DNA from: Limnochordia bacterium
GTDB taxonomy: Bacteria; Bacillota; Limnochordia; DTU087; JAAYGB01
NCBI GenBank assembly: GCA_041687495.1
Contig: JAWLBR010000006.1
Span: forward strand, 1 to 61,725
Direction of reading: 5' to 3'
Length of the DNA stretch: 61,725 nucleotides
The number at the start of each line of letters is the position of its first letter. Within the stretch, counting starts at the first letter, position 1. Positions 16,853-25,722 of this stretch are shown here, one piece after another. Under the pieces are notes generated by a model. The model was not told the origin of the DNA, ran no database searches, and was given only the letters and a program-made list of their open reading frames with translations. The translations under genes and the position numbers were made by a program.

Positions 16853-17956
16853 TTGCAGTATAGCTTTTTCATGCCGACCCGTGTAATTCACGGAGAGAAT
16901 AGTGTTCTGAACAACGGGGAGATGCTGGCGAAACTGGGGCGAAAGGCACTGATTGTTACCGGGAGATCGTCGGCAAAGCTCAGCGGAGCTTTGGATGATG
17001 TGGTGACTGCCTTGGGTCAAGTGAATGTGGAGTATGAGGTTTTCGACCAGATTGAGAACAACCCTTCTTTGGAAAATGTGATGGCAGGGGGAGAAGCGGC
17101 CAGAAGGTATCGGCCGGACTTTATCATCGCCATCGGGGGCGGATCTCCCTTAGATGGGGCAAAGGCTGTAGCTGTACTAGCAGTCAATGCTATTTCCGCT
17201 ACTGATCTGTTTACCAATAGCTTCTCGCAGCCGCCGCTACCCATCGTTGCCATTCCAACGACTGCGGGGACCGGGAGCGAAGTGACTCCTTACTCCATCC
17301 TGACTGACCCAGAAAACGAGACGAAGCGCTCATTTACCGTACCGGAGCTGTTCCCGACCATCGCCTTCTTGGACTACCGCTACACTCTAGGTTTGCCGGA
17401 GGCGATTACCGTCGATACCGCGGTAGATGCCCTCTCACACCTGGTGGAGGGTTACTTGTCTTTGCGGGCCAGCGATACCAGTGATATGTTTGCTCAGGAA
17501 GGTATTAGGGTGTGGGCAGAGTGTATCCCGGCTTTAGTGAATAGACAGTTCTCGCCTGAGGTGCGGGATCGGCTCCTAGTGGCCTCGACCTTAGGGGGAT
17601 TTACCATCTCGCACACAGGAACCACGTTGGTACATGCGTTGGGCTATTCCCTCACCTACTACCACGGAGTGCCCCATGGAAGGGCCAACGGAGTTCTCAT
17701 GGGTGAGTACCTGCGGTTTACCGCAGATAGTGCTCCCGAGCGGGTCGACAGTATCCTGCGGCTGCTGCAGATGGATTCCGTGGACAGTTTCGTGGGTTTG
17801 ATGCACGAGCTGTTTGGGCCAGCAGCTGTCCTCTCCCCTGAAGAGATCGCCCACTACAGCGCCAAAGCGATGCAGACCAGGAATATCTCCTTCTCCCGGG
17901 GAAACGTGAGCCAAGAAGACCTAGCCCAGATCCTCGCCAGGAGCTGTCGCCGATAG
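16853..17956 (+). CDS. Iron-containing alcohol dehydrogenase
   Basis: IGGGSPLDGAK, IPTTAGTGSEVT, DALSH.VEG, HALG, HGVPHG. Confidence 0.92.
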   Translation: MQYSFFMPTRVIHGENSVLNNGEMLAKLGRKALIVTGRSSAKLSGALDDVVTALGQVNVEYEVFDQIENNPSLENVMAGGEAARRYRPDFIIAIGGGSPLDGAKAVAVLAVNAISATDLFTNSFSQPPLPIVAIPTTAGTGSEVTPYSILTDPENETKRSFTVPELFPTIAFLDYRYTLGLPEAITVDTAVDALSHLVEGYLSLRASDTSDMFAQEGIRVWAECIPALVNRQFSPEVRDRLLVASTLGGFTISHTGTTLVHALGYSLTYYHGVPHGRANGVLMGEYLRFTADSAPERVDSILRLLQMDSVDSFVGLMHELFGPAAVLSPEEIAHYSAKAMQTRNISFSRGNVSQEDLAQILARSCRR

Positions 17957-17997
17957 CCACAGCGGCAGGTAGCCCTGCCACTGTGTAAGCGGGTAGA

Positions 17998-18651
17998 TTA
18001 CTGATTCTGGGCAGCAAAGAAACCTTGGGCTTGCCCGGCCCAGTGCCAGCTGTTCAAGATCAGGTGCTGTCTTGGTCCGAACCCATCGCCATATTCGCTG
18101 GGGTACTGGGTTAGGATGTACCACATTACGTCTCCGTTTTGACCAGCTGACAAGCGAGCAGTGTGTCCAGAGGCTGCTCTTGCGTACTCAACATCGGCCT
18201 GGGGATAAGCTTTGTCCTCGCTGGCCAGTTGAGACAGGTTCAAACGCTGAGCTATCGCTGTCACGTGCTCTCGCACCTGATCCTCGGTGACATCCGAGTC
18301 AAACACGTAGACCTGAAATGCCGGTGCTGGATCTGGTTGGCTGCCTGGGTAGTTCCAGACAAACCGAGTCCGATACCCCATCTCATCGACACTGGTTTCA
18401 ACCTGGAAGGGCTCGGGTACGACGGTAGAAAACTGCAGCGGCCACTCGGACGGGGAAGTAGCGGTTGTGGCAGAAACCATAACCTCCTCGCCTTCCAGCT
18501 GTAGCGCTGCGGTTTGCGGTTCACCAAGGGCGGTGCTGCTGGTCAGCGCCGGTTGGGCATCAGAGCCGCCTAGGTTCACAGCGGCGGCACCGATGGCTAC
18601 GGCTACCAAAAGTGGGGCTGTCCTTTTGAGAGTTTTGCGGAAAAGCCGCAT
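17998..18651 (-). CDS. Hypothetical exported protein
   Basis: AAGGAGG RBS; basic N-terminus plus hydrophobic signal-like stretch (MRLFRKTLKRTAPLLVAVAIGAAAV); no family recognised. Confidence 0.7.
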   Translation of the reverse strand: MRLFRKTLKRTAPLLVAVAIGAAAVNLGGSDAQPALTSSTALGEPQTAALQLEGEEVMVSATTATSPSEWPLQFSTVVPEPFQVETSVDEMGYRTRFVWNYPGSQPDPAPAFQVYVFDSDVTEDQVREHVTAIAQRLNLSQLASEDKAYPQADVEYARAASGHTARLSAGQNGDVMWYILTQYPSEYGDGFGPRQHLILNSWHWAGQAQGFFAAQNQ

Positions 18652-18779
18652 GAATAAAGACCTCCTTCGTAAGCATCTCCTCCTTTGAGTATACCATCGA
18701 GCCTTGTGGCGTCGAAATGGCAATACTTAGGCGGCATGGCCGTTTCGGCCAGGGAGAAGATATTAGCGGAGGTGAGTCT

Positions 18780-18971
18780 ATGGCTGATCGCGGTACTAGT
18801 AACTCGCCAAACACTCGTAATCCGCAAAGGCCGGCAAGCAAGCCCTCTCGGCTAGAGCAGTACGCCGACGACATGTTTGACCTGGAGAACGAGATGGCAG
18901 AGGAACTGGGAATTACCAGCAACAAAGAAGCTAGAGCGCTGCGGCGTTCGACGAAAGCCAAAAAGGAATAA
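18780..18971 (+). CDS. Small protein, possibly alpha/beta SASP-like
   Basis: 63 aa after GGAGGTGA RBS; LENEMAEELGI...ARA resembles the SASP KxEIAxELG helix; hairpin at 18980-19008. Confidence 0.5.
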   Translation: MADRGTSNSPNTRNPQRPASKPSRLEQYADDMFDLENEMAEELGITSNKEARALRRSTKAKKE

Positions 18972-19026
18972 GAGAAAAGCTGATGCGGCGGTGCCCCTGC
19001 CGCATCGGCGCGAACAAGGTGATTGA

Positions 19027-19707
19027 ATGCAGATCGAGGTACAAGTATTGGGAATATCTCTGCAGCTGGCCACCGATGAGGCGCTGTTTTCGCCCCGAGG
19101 CTTAGATGCCGGTACCCGAGCCATGTTGGAAACAGCAGTGGTTACGGCTGAGGATAGGGTGCTGGATCTGGGCTGTGGCTACGGTGTGGTGGGGTTGGCG
19201 TTGGCTAAGGCATATGAACCCCAATCTGTCACTATGGTCGATGCCGATCCCTTGGCAGTACAGGTGGCCGATGGCAACGTTGCGGCTGCTGGGATGGATC
19301 AGGCCAGCACTGATTTTTCTGTTTTGCACAGTGACGGGTTTGCCCAGCTAACGGGGAAGATGTTCACGGTGATCTTGTCTAACCCGCCGTACCACACCGA
19401 TTTTGCTGTGGCCAAAAGATTTATTGAAGACGGTTTTGCGCACCTGGAGCTGGGCGGCTCAATGTACATAGTGGTTAAGCGACGCACTTGGTATGAAAGC
19501 AAACTGCGGACAGTGTTTGGCGGCGTTAGTGTCACCGAAAAGGATGGGTACTGGGTGCTGATGGCTCAGAAGCGGACAGCAAGGCCGCCGGCACCGGCAA
19601 AGAAGGCTGTTGCAACCACGAGGAAGCACGCCAAGCGCCAAGCTGAAGCTACTGGTAAGCGGCGTAAGCGCAGACGATTTACGTCGAGTAGGGCCTGTGA
19701 CGGGTAG
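19027..19707 (+). CDS. Class I SAM-dependent methyltransferase, RsmC/MTS-like
   Basis: LFSP.GLD.GT..ML, VLDLGCGYGVVG, ILSNPPYH. Confidence 0.88.
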   Translation: MQIEVQVLGISLQLATDEALFSPRGLDAGTRAMLETAVVTAEDRVLDLGCGYGVVGLALAKAYEPQSVTMVDADPLAVQVADGNVAAAGMDQASTDFSVLHSDGFAQLTGKMFTVILSNPPYHTDFAVAKRFIEDGFAHLELGGSMYIVVKRRTWYESKLRTVFGGVSVTEKDGYWVLMAQKRTARPPAPAKKAVATTRKHAKRQAEATGKRRKRRRFTSSRACDG

Positions 19708-19805
19708 AACGAACAAGGAAAATGCCCATAACCTGCGCTCCGGTGGTTGAAAAATCGGTACTTGGGGTACATCAACCTTAGCGAACACTCTGGAGGTGGA
19801 GCAAC

Positions 19806-20762
19806 GTGCAGTACCGGCAGCTGGGTAAAAGTGGCTTGCGCATTAGTGAGATTGGACTGGGCAGTTGGCTGACCTATGGCGGATATGTTGAGCAGGGTAC
19901 CGCCGAGCAGTGTATTGACCGTGCATATGAGTTGGGAGTTAACTTCTTTGACACCGCGAACGTCTACCACCAAGGAGCCGCCGAGGAAGTTGTCGGCAAG
20001 ACTCTGCGGAAGTACCCACGGGATTCTTATGTACTGGCCACGAAGGTGTTCTTCCCCATGGGAGAAGGTCCCAACGATCGGGGACTGTCCCGCAAACATA
20101 TTATGGAACAGTGCCATGCGTCGCTTAAGCGCCTTGGGGTCGACTATATAGACTTGTATCAATGCCATCGTTACGATCCCACCGTGCCTCTCGATGAGAC
20201 CCTGCGAGCTCTCGATGACTTAGTCCGACAGGGGAAGGTGTTGTACGTAGGAGTCAGTCAATGGACTGGCGCTCAAATTCTTGACGCTGTCAGGCTGGCA
20301 GAGAAGCGCAACCTAGATCAGATCGTCTCTAACCAGCCCTATTACAACATGTTAGGCCGGGAAATTGAAAATGAAGTTATCCCGATTTCGGAGCGGGAAG
20401 GGATCGGCCAGGTTGTTTACTCACCTTTGGCTCAGGGTGTCCTGACCGGGAAGTACAAACCGGGTCACAAGATACCCAAGGACTCCCGGGCTGCAGATCC
20501 CGGCTCAAGTCAGTTTATCGGTCGGGTACTCACCGAAGAGAACCTGCGCAAGGTCGAGAAATTGTCGAGCTTAGCGGCGGATTTGGGTCTAAGCATGCCT
20601 CAGTTTGCCTTGGCTTGGGTCCTGCGGCTTTCCGGGATCAGCAGTGCCATTGTTGGAGCCAGTCGTCCCAGCCAGGTGGAGGACAATGTCAAGGCCTCAG
20701 GAGTAGAGATCCCGGCCGACGTTCTCGAGCAGGTTGACAAAATCCTCAAAGGTGAAGCGTAA
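19806..20762 (+). CDS. Aldo/keto reductase (Kv-beta/Tas-like)
   Basis: YRQLGKSGL.ISEIGLGSW, FFDTANVY, ATK, LYQCH, YSPLAQG. Confidence 0.93.
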   Translation: MQYRQLGKSGLRISEIGLGSWLTYGGYVEQGTAEQCIDRAYELGVNFFDTANVYHQGAAEEVVGKTLRKYPRDSYVLATKVFFPMGEGPNDRGLSRKHIMEQCHASLKRLGVDYIDLYQCHRYDPTVPLDETLRALDDLVRQGKVLYVGVSQWTGAQILDAVRLAEKRNLDQIVSNQPYYNMLGREIENEVIPISEREGIGQVVYSPLAQGVLTGKYKPGHKIPKDSRAADPGSSQFIGRVLTEENLRKVEKLSSLAADLGLSMPQFALAWVLRLSGISSAIVGASRPSQVEDNVKASGVEIPADVLEQVDKILKGEA

Positions 20763-20781
20763 GAGGTAGAAAGGGGACACC

Positions 20782-21513
20782 GTGGGCTTTTACTCACTGT
20801 TAAGTACGTACTATGATCACATCTTTCCAGTCCCAGATCAAAAGCTGGGCTTCTTCCTTCAGCTGTGGCAACAAAACAACGCCGACCGGGTGCTCGATCT
20901 GGCCTGCGGCAGCGGTCTGCTGGCTCGAAAGTTGGCTAAGCAAGGTCTGCGCGTGACAGGAATTGACCTAGAAGAAGAGATGATTGTCAAGGCCCGTCAG
21001 GCAGCGGCGGCCGAAGACTCCAGCGTGGATTTCCGGGTTGGGGATATGCGTGATGCCGGAGGAGTCGATGGCGAGTATGACGGCGCCATTTGTGTAGGTA
21101 ACTCTCTGGCCCACCTCTTAGACAAGGAGGACATTCTGCGGACGCTGCAAGCCATGGGCCAACGACTGCGGCCAGGTGGAATTTTGGTGATTCAGATCGT
21201 GAATTTCGATCGGATCCTGGCACAAGGGCCCACCGACCTGCCAGATGTGGTGCGTTCAGATGTCGGATTTGCCTTCTATCGGCGCTATGTGCCGCAGGCC
21301 TCTGGATTAGTGGAGTTCCAGTCTCGGTTTATTACCCTACCGGACCAGACGGAGCATACGAACTCCATTAACTTAAGAGCAATACGACAGGAAGAGTTGG
21401 CGGGGTGGTTGCAGGATATTGGGTTTACTGACCTGCGTTTTTACGGCGGATTTGACAAGAGTCCCTATGCAAAGGATTCGTACGCCACAGTAGTGACCGC
21501 CGTTAGGCCTTAA
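20782..21513 (+). CDS. Class I SAM-dependent methyltransferase (glycine/sarcosine N-methyltransferase-like)
   Basis: VLDLACGSG, GIDL, GDMR, CVGNSLAHL, LRPGG. Confidence 0.88.
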   Translation: MGFYSLLSTYYDHIFPVPDQKLGFFLQLWQQNNADRVLDLACGSGLLARKLAKQGLRVTGIDLEEEMIVKARQAAAAEDSSVDFRVGDMRDAGGVDGEYDGAICVGNSLAHLLDKEDILRTLQAMGQRLRPGGILVIQIVNFDRILAQGPTDLPDVVRSDVGFAFYRRYVPQASGLVEFQSRFITLPDQTEHTNSINLRAIRQEELAGWLQDIGFTDLRFYGGFDKSPYAKDSYATVVTAVRP

Positions 21514-21536
21514 GCTTCTGGCTTTTCTCGTTAGAA

Positions 21537-21569
21537 CAACGCCCAGCCTTCGAGTAGGGCTGGGCGTTG
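21537..21569. terminator. Probable bidirectional terminator between convergent genes
   Basis: CAACGCCCAGCCTT/AGGGCTGGGCGTTG stem. Confidence 0.7.
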
Positions 21570-21575
21570 GTGGTT

Positions 21576-22424
21576 CTACTTGGAAAAGATCAAGTCGGTT
21601 TCCTGGGCCCGTTGCCTTAGCTCCGCAATCTCCTCATCGGTGATTGGGGTGAAGTTCTCGGCTATGTCTAGAGCCATGCGGAAAAGGCGGATATCTCCGG
21701 GTGGTACGGCTGCGGTAACAGGCTGAGATAAGGTGAAGCGTACGGCAAGATCGGCATGCTCTTTGTCGTCGATGGGAACATACCAGCAGCGCTCGTACGG
21801 GCCTTTTTGCCCCTCTGGAATCGCTGTCTTAGCCATTGCTTTGAGGCACAGGCGACCTACATTCTTCTCCTGGGCCTTCTCCAGGACCTTGGGGCCAAAT
21901 TCGCCCTTCAGGAACAGGGCCCAGTTGGTGGGAAACAGAATCGTGTCAAAGTCAAAGGAGTCCAACAATTTCAAGGCCGCTGTCTCGGAGTGAGCCGAAA
22001 AGCCGATGTACTTGATTAGTCCCTTTTCCCGAGCTTCTAAAAAGGCCTCCAAGGCGCCGCCAGGTCCAAGGGCGGTTTCTACATCTTCTTCAGTGGTCAT
22101 GGCGTGCATTTGGTACAGGTCAAAATGGTCAGTACGCAGTTTTTGCAGCGAGGACCGCAGTTCCTCCCAAGCTCCGCTCTTGGTGCGCTCTCCGGTTTTG
22201 CAGGCCAGAAATACCTGATCACGGTAAGGCTCTAGCGCCGGCCCGAGCATGTCCTCGGCGTTTCCGTAGCTGGGGGCAACGTCAAAATAATTTACACCCC
22301 GCTCAATAGCCTCCGTCACATAGTCAGAGGCCTCTTTGGCAGTAGTATCCTTGACAATGATCCCACCAAAGCCAATGATAGATAGTTGCTCTCCGGTTTT
22401 TCCCAATGGACGTTTTTGTAGCAT
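21576..22424 (-). CDS. Aldo/keto reductase
   Basis: LGKTG..LSIIGFGG, NYFDVAPSYG, ACKT, DLYQMH, IGFSAH; start at the second ATG for RBS spacing. Confidence 0.9.
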   Translation of the reverse strand: MLQKRPLGKTGEQLSIIGFGGIIVKDTTAKEASDYVTEAIERGVNYFDVAPSYGNAEDMLGPALEPYRDQVFLACKTGERTKSGAWEELRSSLQKLRTDHFDLYQMHAMTTEEDVETALGPGGALEAFLEAREKGLIKYIGFSAHSETAALKLLDSFDFDTILFPTNWALFLKGEFGPKVLEKAQEKNVGRLCLKAMAKTAIPEGQKGPYERCWYVPIDDKEHADLAVRFTLSQPVTAAVPPGDIRLFRMALDIAENFTPITDEEIAELRQRAQETDLIFSK

Positions 22425-22501
22425 CGTCTGCATCCCTCCATGCGAGGTTCTTACCCATCAAATGAGAGTTACCCAAGTTCTTGGAGTTGAAACCTAATTG
22501 T

Positions 22502-22882
22502 CTAGAAAATGTTCGTGAGTGATAACTGTTCCATCTCCTCCAGATAGGAGAGATTGAGGAGTAGTTCGGAGATGCTGACCAATGCATCGATTCGGCTCTG
22601 CTCTTCGATGCCGTGGGTGACGGATGAAAGGGCGATGTCAAGCTGCTGCAGATGATGGTCGTTGATAAATACGGACCACACTGGCCTAATCTCGTGCCAG
22701 CGCTCCTCGACAAGCTCAATTGTGACTCTCGCTTGGCCCCACTGCTCGGAACGGATCAGCTCTCTCACTGAGCTCAATTGCCCGGCGAGCAGTTCGACGG
22801 CAGAATCTAGTTGAACATGTCCCCAGATGGCGAGGCCTAGTACCAGAGCTGTAGCTGTCATGATTACGGCGATAGTTCTCAT
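22502..22882 (-). CDS. DUF4363 family protein
   Basis: N-terminal TM, W..W..FI..H.L..LD, C-terminal E.LSLTNIF; follows DUF421 as is usual for this family. Confidence 0.7.
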   Translation of the reverse strand: MRTIAVIMTATALVLGLAIWGHVQLDSAVELLAGQLSSVRELIRSEQWGQARVTIELVEERWHEIRPVWSVFINDHHLQQLDIALSSVTHGIEEQSRIDALVSISELLLNLSYLEEMEQLSLTNIF

Positions 22883-22919
22883 CTGTCCAAGGGCCTCCTC
22901 CGTGTCTTCTCAGTTCATC

Positions 22920-23609
22920 TCATGCCGGCTGACGCTTGCTATCCTTTCCCTGGACGTATACTGATCCGTCGGTGTTAATACTGGCAAACAAGACTTGGTC
23001 TGCGTCATCGAAGCCTTGGGATTGAAGCTCCTTCATTAGCCACTCTTGGGACAGTCCGATCCGGGTTAGACTGTCGGCGTTGACCTTGCCGTCGACGATT
23101 AAGGTATATGGTAGCCCTTCGTAAGATGTTGACAGGCCCAGATCCTCAGGACTAACTGGTCGCTTCTGGGATTTTGGAATTACGCTTAGCTGCCCGCCCG
23201 TCTCAAGAATGGCAAATTCTATGTCCTGGATATTGGGATATCCGGCTAGCCGCATCTGCTCCAGTAGATCGTTTAAGTTGTACCTTTGCTCCCGCAGCTG
23301 CTGTTCGATGATCCTACCGTTTTCGATGAGGATGGAGGGGGTTCCGGATACCAGCCGGCGGAAGCCTTGATGGCGTAGCGACAAATACGAGATACACAAC
23401 TCCATGATTAGCAGGACGGTGAGCGGCAGCAGCCCGTGGATGAGGGGGATGTCGACAGATTCCATAGGAATAGCCGCGAGATCGGCGATGAGGATGGCCA
23501 CTACCAGCTCAAAAGGCTGTAGTTCACCAACCTGCCGCTTACCGGCAATCCGCATGATCAGCATGATATATAGGTAGAGCACAGCCGTTCTAATAATGAT
23601 GACTCCCAT
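22920..23609 (-). CDS. DUF421 / YetF-family membrane protein
   Basis: MRIAGKRQVGELQPFELVV, G.PSILIENG.I, FAILETGGQLSVIPK. Confidence 0.9.
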   Translation of the reverse strand: MGVIIIRTAVLYLYIMLIMRIAGKRQVGELQPFELVVAILIADLAAIPMESVDIPLIHGLLPLTVLLIMELCISYLSLRHQGFRRLVSGTPSILIENGRIIEQQLREQRYNLNDLLEQMRLAGYPNIQDIEFAILETGGQLSVIPKSQKRPVSPEDLGLSTSYEGLPYTLIVDGKVNADSLTRIGLSQEWLMKELQSQGFDDADQVLFASINTDGSVYVQGKDSKRQPA

Positions 23610-23657
23610 GGGGTGTTCACCTCGGAGACTAAATTTGGCGGAACTGGACGCGTAGAC

Positions 23658-23687
23658 TAGTTTCCCCCTAGATCTGGGAGGCTATGT
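23658..23687 (-). promoter_or_regulatory. SigF/SigG-like forespore promoter for DUF421-DUF4363
   Basis: Minus strand ACATA-N15-GGGGAAACTA versus SigF consensus GYATA-N15-GGnnAnAHTR. Confidence 0.55.
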
Positions 23688-23773
23688 ATGGATATCCAGA
23701 CAAGTCCAAACTCCCCTTAGCAGGAACCAACATCCCGGCAACGAAGTTTTCCAACAAAGAAAGGGGTTATGTC

Positions 23774-24532
23774 ATGAGACGAATTACCGCACTCTTAGTG
23801 GCAGTCATGCTGATGATTGGTCTGGGAGCTTATGGACTGATGACCTTCGGTAGTGCCGGCGCCGCACAGGAATTGACCAGGATCCAAGCGCCCTCCAAGT
23901 CGACCATCTCTGTGGCCGGATGGGGCGAGGCCAAGGGAGAACCCGATGTAGCTGTTGTCAGCTTAGGAGTAGAGAGTGAGGGCGTCTCGGCGGGAGAAGC
24001 GCAAGCTGAGAACAACCGAGCCATGGAGGCGGTTATTGCCTCGTTGAGCCAGTTGAAAATCCCAAACGAACACATCAAGACTGAGTTTTTCTCTCTGCAT
24101 CCTGACCGGAGATATGACAAGGAAACCGGCGGAGAAACCGTAGTGGGATATCGGGCGGTTAACCAAGTAGTCGTTACCGTAATGGAAATAGACCAGCTCG
24201 GGCAGGTCATCGATGCCGCCATTTCGGCTGGTGCTAACCGAGTGAACAGCGTCCAGCACGGACTGCAGCAGGAGGGGGCACTGCTGGACGCGGCTCTCGA
24301 AGCGGCAGTGGCGGATGCGCAGCGTAAAGCTGAAGTGATTGCTCGCGCTGCAGGCGTGGAGGTTGTTCGGATCCTCACCCTAAGTGAACCCGGAACCAAT
24401 CAGACGTCGTACCGGGATGGCTTGATGTATGCTAAGGCCGAGTCACTCGGTGGTGGTGTGCCCGTTCAACCCGGTCAGGTCTCTGTCAAAGCCGGAGTTG
24501 AAGTGGTGTTTGAAGTAACGCCTGTGGAGTAA
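23774..24532 (+). CDS. SIMPL (DUF541) domain protein
   Basis: Signal anchor, TISVAG.GE....PD.A..SLGV, IKT, GY.A.N, AGANRV, AV.DA..KA..IA, VQPGQ; SigH-like promoter at 23720-23747. Confidence 0.88.
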   Translation: MRRITALLVAVMLMIGLGAYGLMTFGSAGAAQELTRIQAPSKSTISVAGWGEAKGEPDVAVVSLGVESEGVSAGEAQAENNRAMEAVIASLSQLKIPNEHIKTEFFSLHPDRRYDKETGGETVVGYRAVNQVVVTVMEIDQLGQVIDAAISAGANRVNSVQHGLQQEGALLDAALEAAVADAQRKAEVIARAAGVEVVRILTLSEPGTNQTSYRDGLMYAKAESLGGGVPVQPGQVSVKAGVEVVFEVTPVE

Positions 24533-24634
24533 CCACCAAGGTGCGGTGGTTGCTGGCGGGTGATGAGCAGCAGAAAAGCGGCATCCCAGGGCTAAGTGCA
24601 GCCTGGGATGCCTACACTCCAAGGAGGGGTTATC

Positions 24635-25624
24635 GTGGGCAATTACAGTGTCGAGAAAACAGTGTTCGACGGTCAAGAAGCTTTGGTGCTGTCAGACCAC
24701 GCCAGTGGTCTATCGGGCATCCTACTGCCTGGTTTTGGCAGCAACTTGATCGGACTGCGTTTGGCAGAACCTGAAGTGAAGCTGCTTTACGAACCTGACT
24801 CAATGGCTGACCTGCACAAAAAGGCAGTGGGCTGGGGCTTTCCTGTACTGATGCCGCCTAACCGCATCGAGGGCGGAAGGTTCAGTTTTGAGGGTCGGGA
24901 ATACAAGTTTGAGATTAACGAGAACGGTGTGCACCATATTCACGGTCTGGTTCACAGTCTGCCGTGGCGAGTCGTTGCCGTGGATACAGAATCGGCAGCT
25001 TCAGTTACCACAGCCATTCGGTCTGATGATCACCCATCAATCCTGGCTTCCTATCCCCATTCATTCGAGCTGCGCATGATCTTCACTCTAAAGGGAAACC
25101 GCATTGACATCACATTTGAAGCCGAGAACTTCGGGGCCGAAACCATGCCCTTCGGTGTCGGGTTCCACCCATATTTCAACGTGCCGCTCACCAGCGCCAG
25201 CTCTAAGGGCAAATGCACCGTACAAGTCCCCGCTAACAAGCGGTGGGAGCTAAGAGAGGATTGCATACCCACTGGTCGCCGGTTGGATTTGTCAGGTACA
25301 GTTGATCTGCGCTCACCCCAGGCTTTAGACAGCGTAATGCTGGACGATGTATATACAGACCTGGAATACGAGAACGGCGAGTCTGTCTGCTCTTTCGTGG
25401 ATCAAGGCAGTGGCATTTCCCTGCGTTATGGAGCGGACAGCCAGTTCAAGCACTGGGTGGTGTTTACCGGCAAGACTCCCGACGCTCCTTTTGTCTGTCT
25501 AGAACCCTACACATGGACCACTAACGCTCCCAACCTTGACCTGCCTGCTCAGGATACTGGGCTGATTGCCTTGGAAGGGGGCAAAACCTTCACAGGCGTG
25601 ACTTGGCTAGAGGTAGCCAGGTAA
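24635..25624 (+). CDS. Aldose 1-epimerase family protein
   Basis: GFPVLMPPNRI.GG.F, HHIHG, PFGVGFHPYF, LDDVY, VCLEP; GTG start after AGGAGG. Confidence 0.88.
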   Translation: MGNYSVEKTVFDGQEALVLSDHASGLSGILLPGFGSNLIGLRLAEPEVKLLYEPDSMADLHKKAVGWGFPVLMPPNRIEGGRFSFEGREYKFEINENGVHHIHGLVHSLPWRVVAVDTESAASVTTAIRSDDHPSILASYPHSFELRMIFTLKGNRIDITFEAENFGAETMPFGVGFHPYFNVPLTSASSKGKCTVQVPANKRWELREDCIPTGRRLDLSGTVDLRSPQALDSVMLDDVYTDLEYENGESVCSFVDQGSGISLRYGADSQFKHWVVFTGKTPDAPFVCLEPYTWTTNAPNLDLPAQDTGLIALEGGKTFTGVTWLEVAR

Positions 25625-25722
25625 TCGGAAATGCTGTATAATATTGCATGTGCTTGTCTATATTGCCAGGCACAGCAACTCCAGTTACATACAGGCTAAG
25701 CCAAGACGAGAGGAGACAGGCA

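Noticed and set aside
18734-18765. Possible SigF/SigG promoter for the SASP-like gene (GCATG...GATATTA)
   Set aside because: Spacing and -10 match are poor; the similar GGATA-N19-TAGACTA at 28086-28116 was also too weak to call
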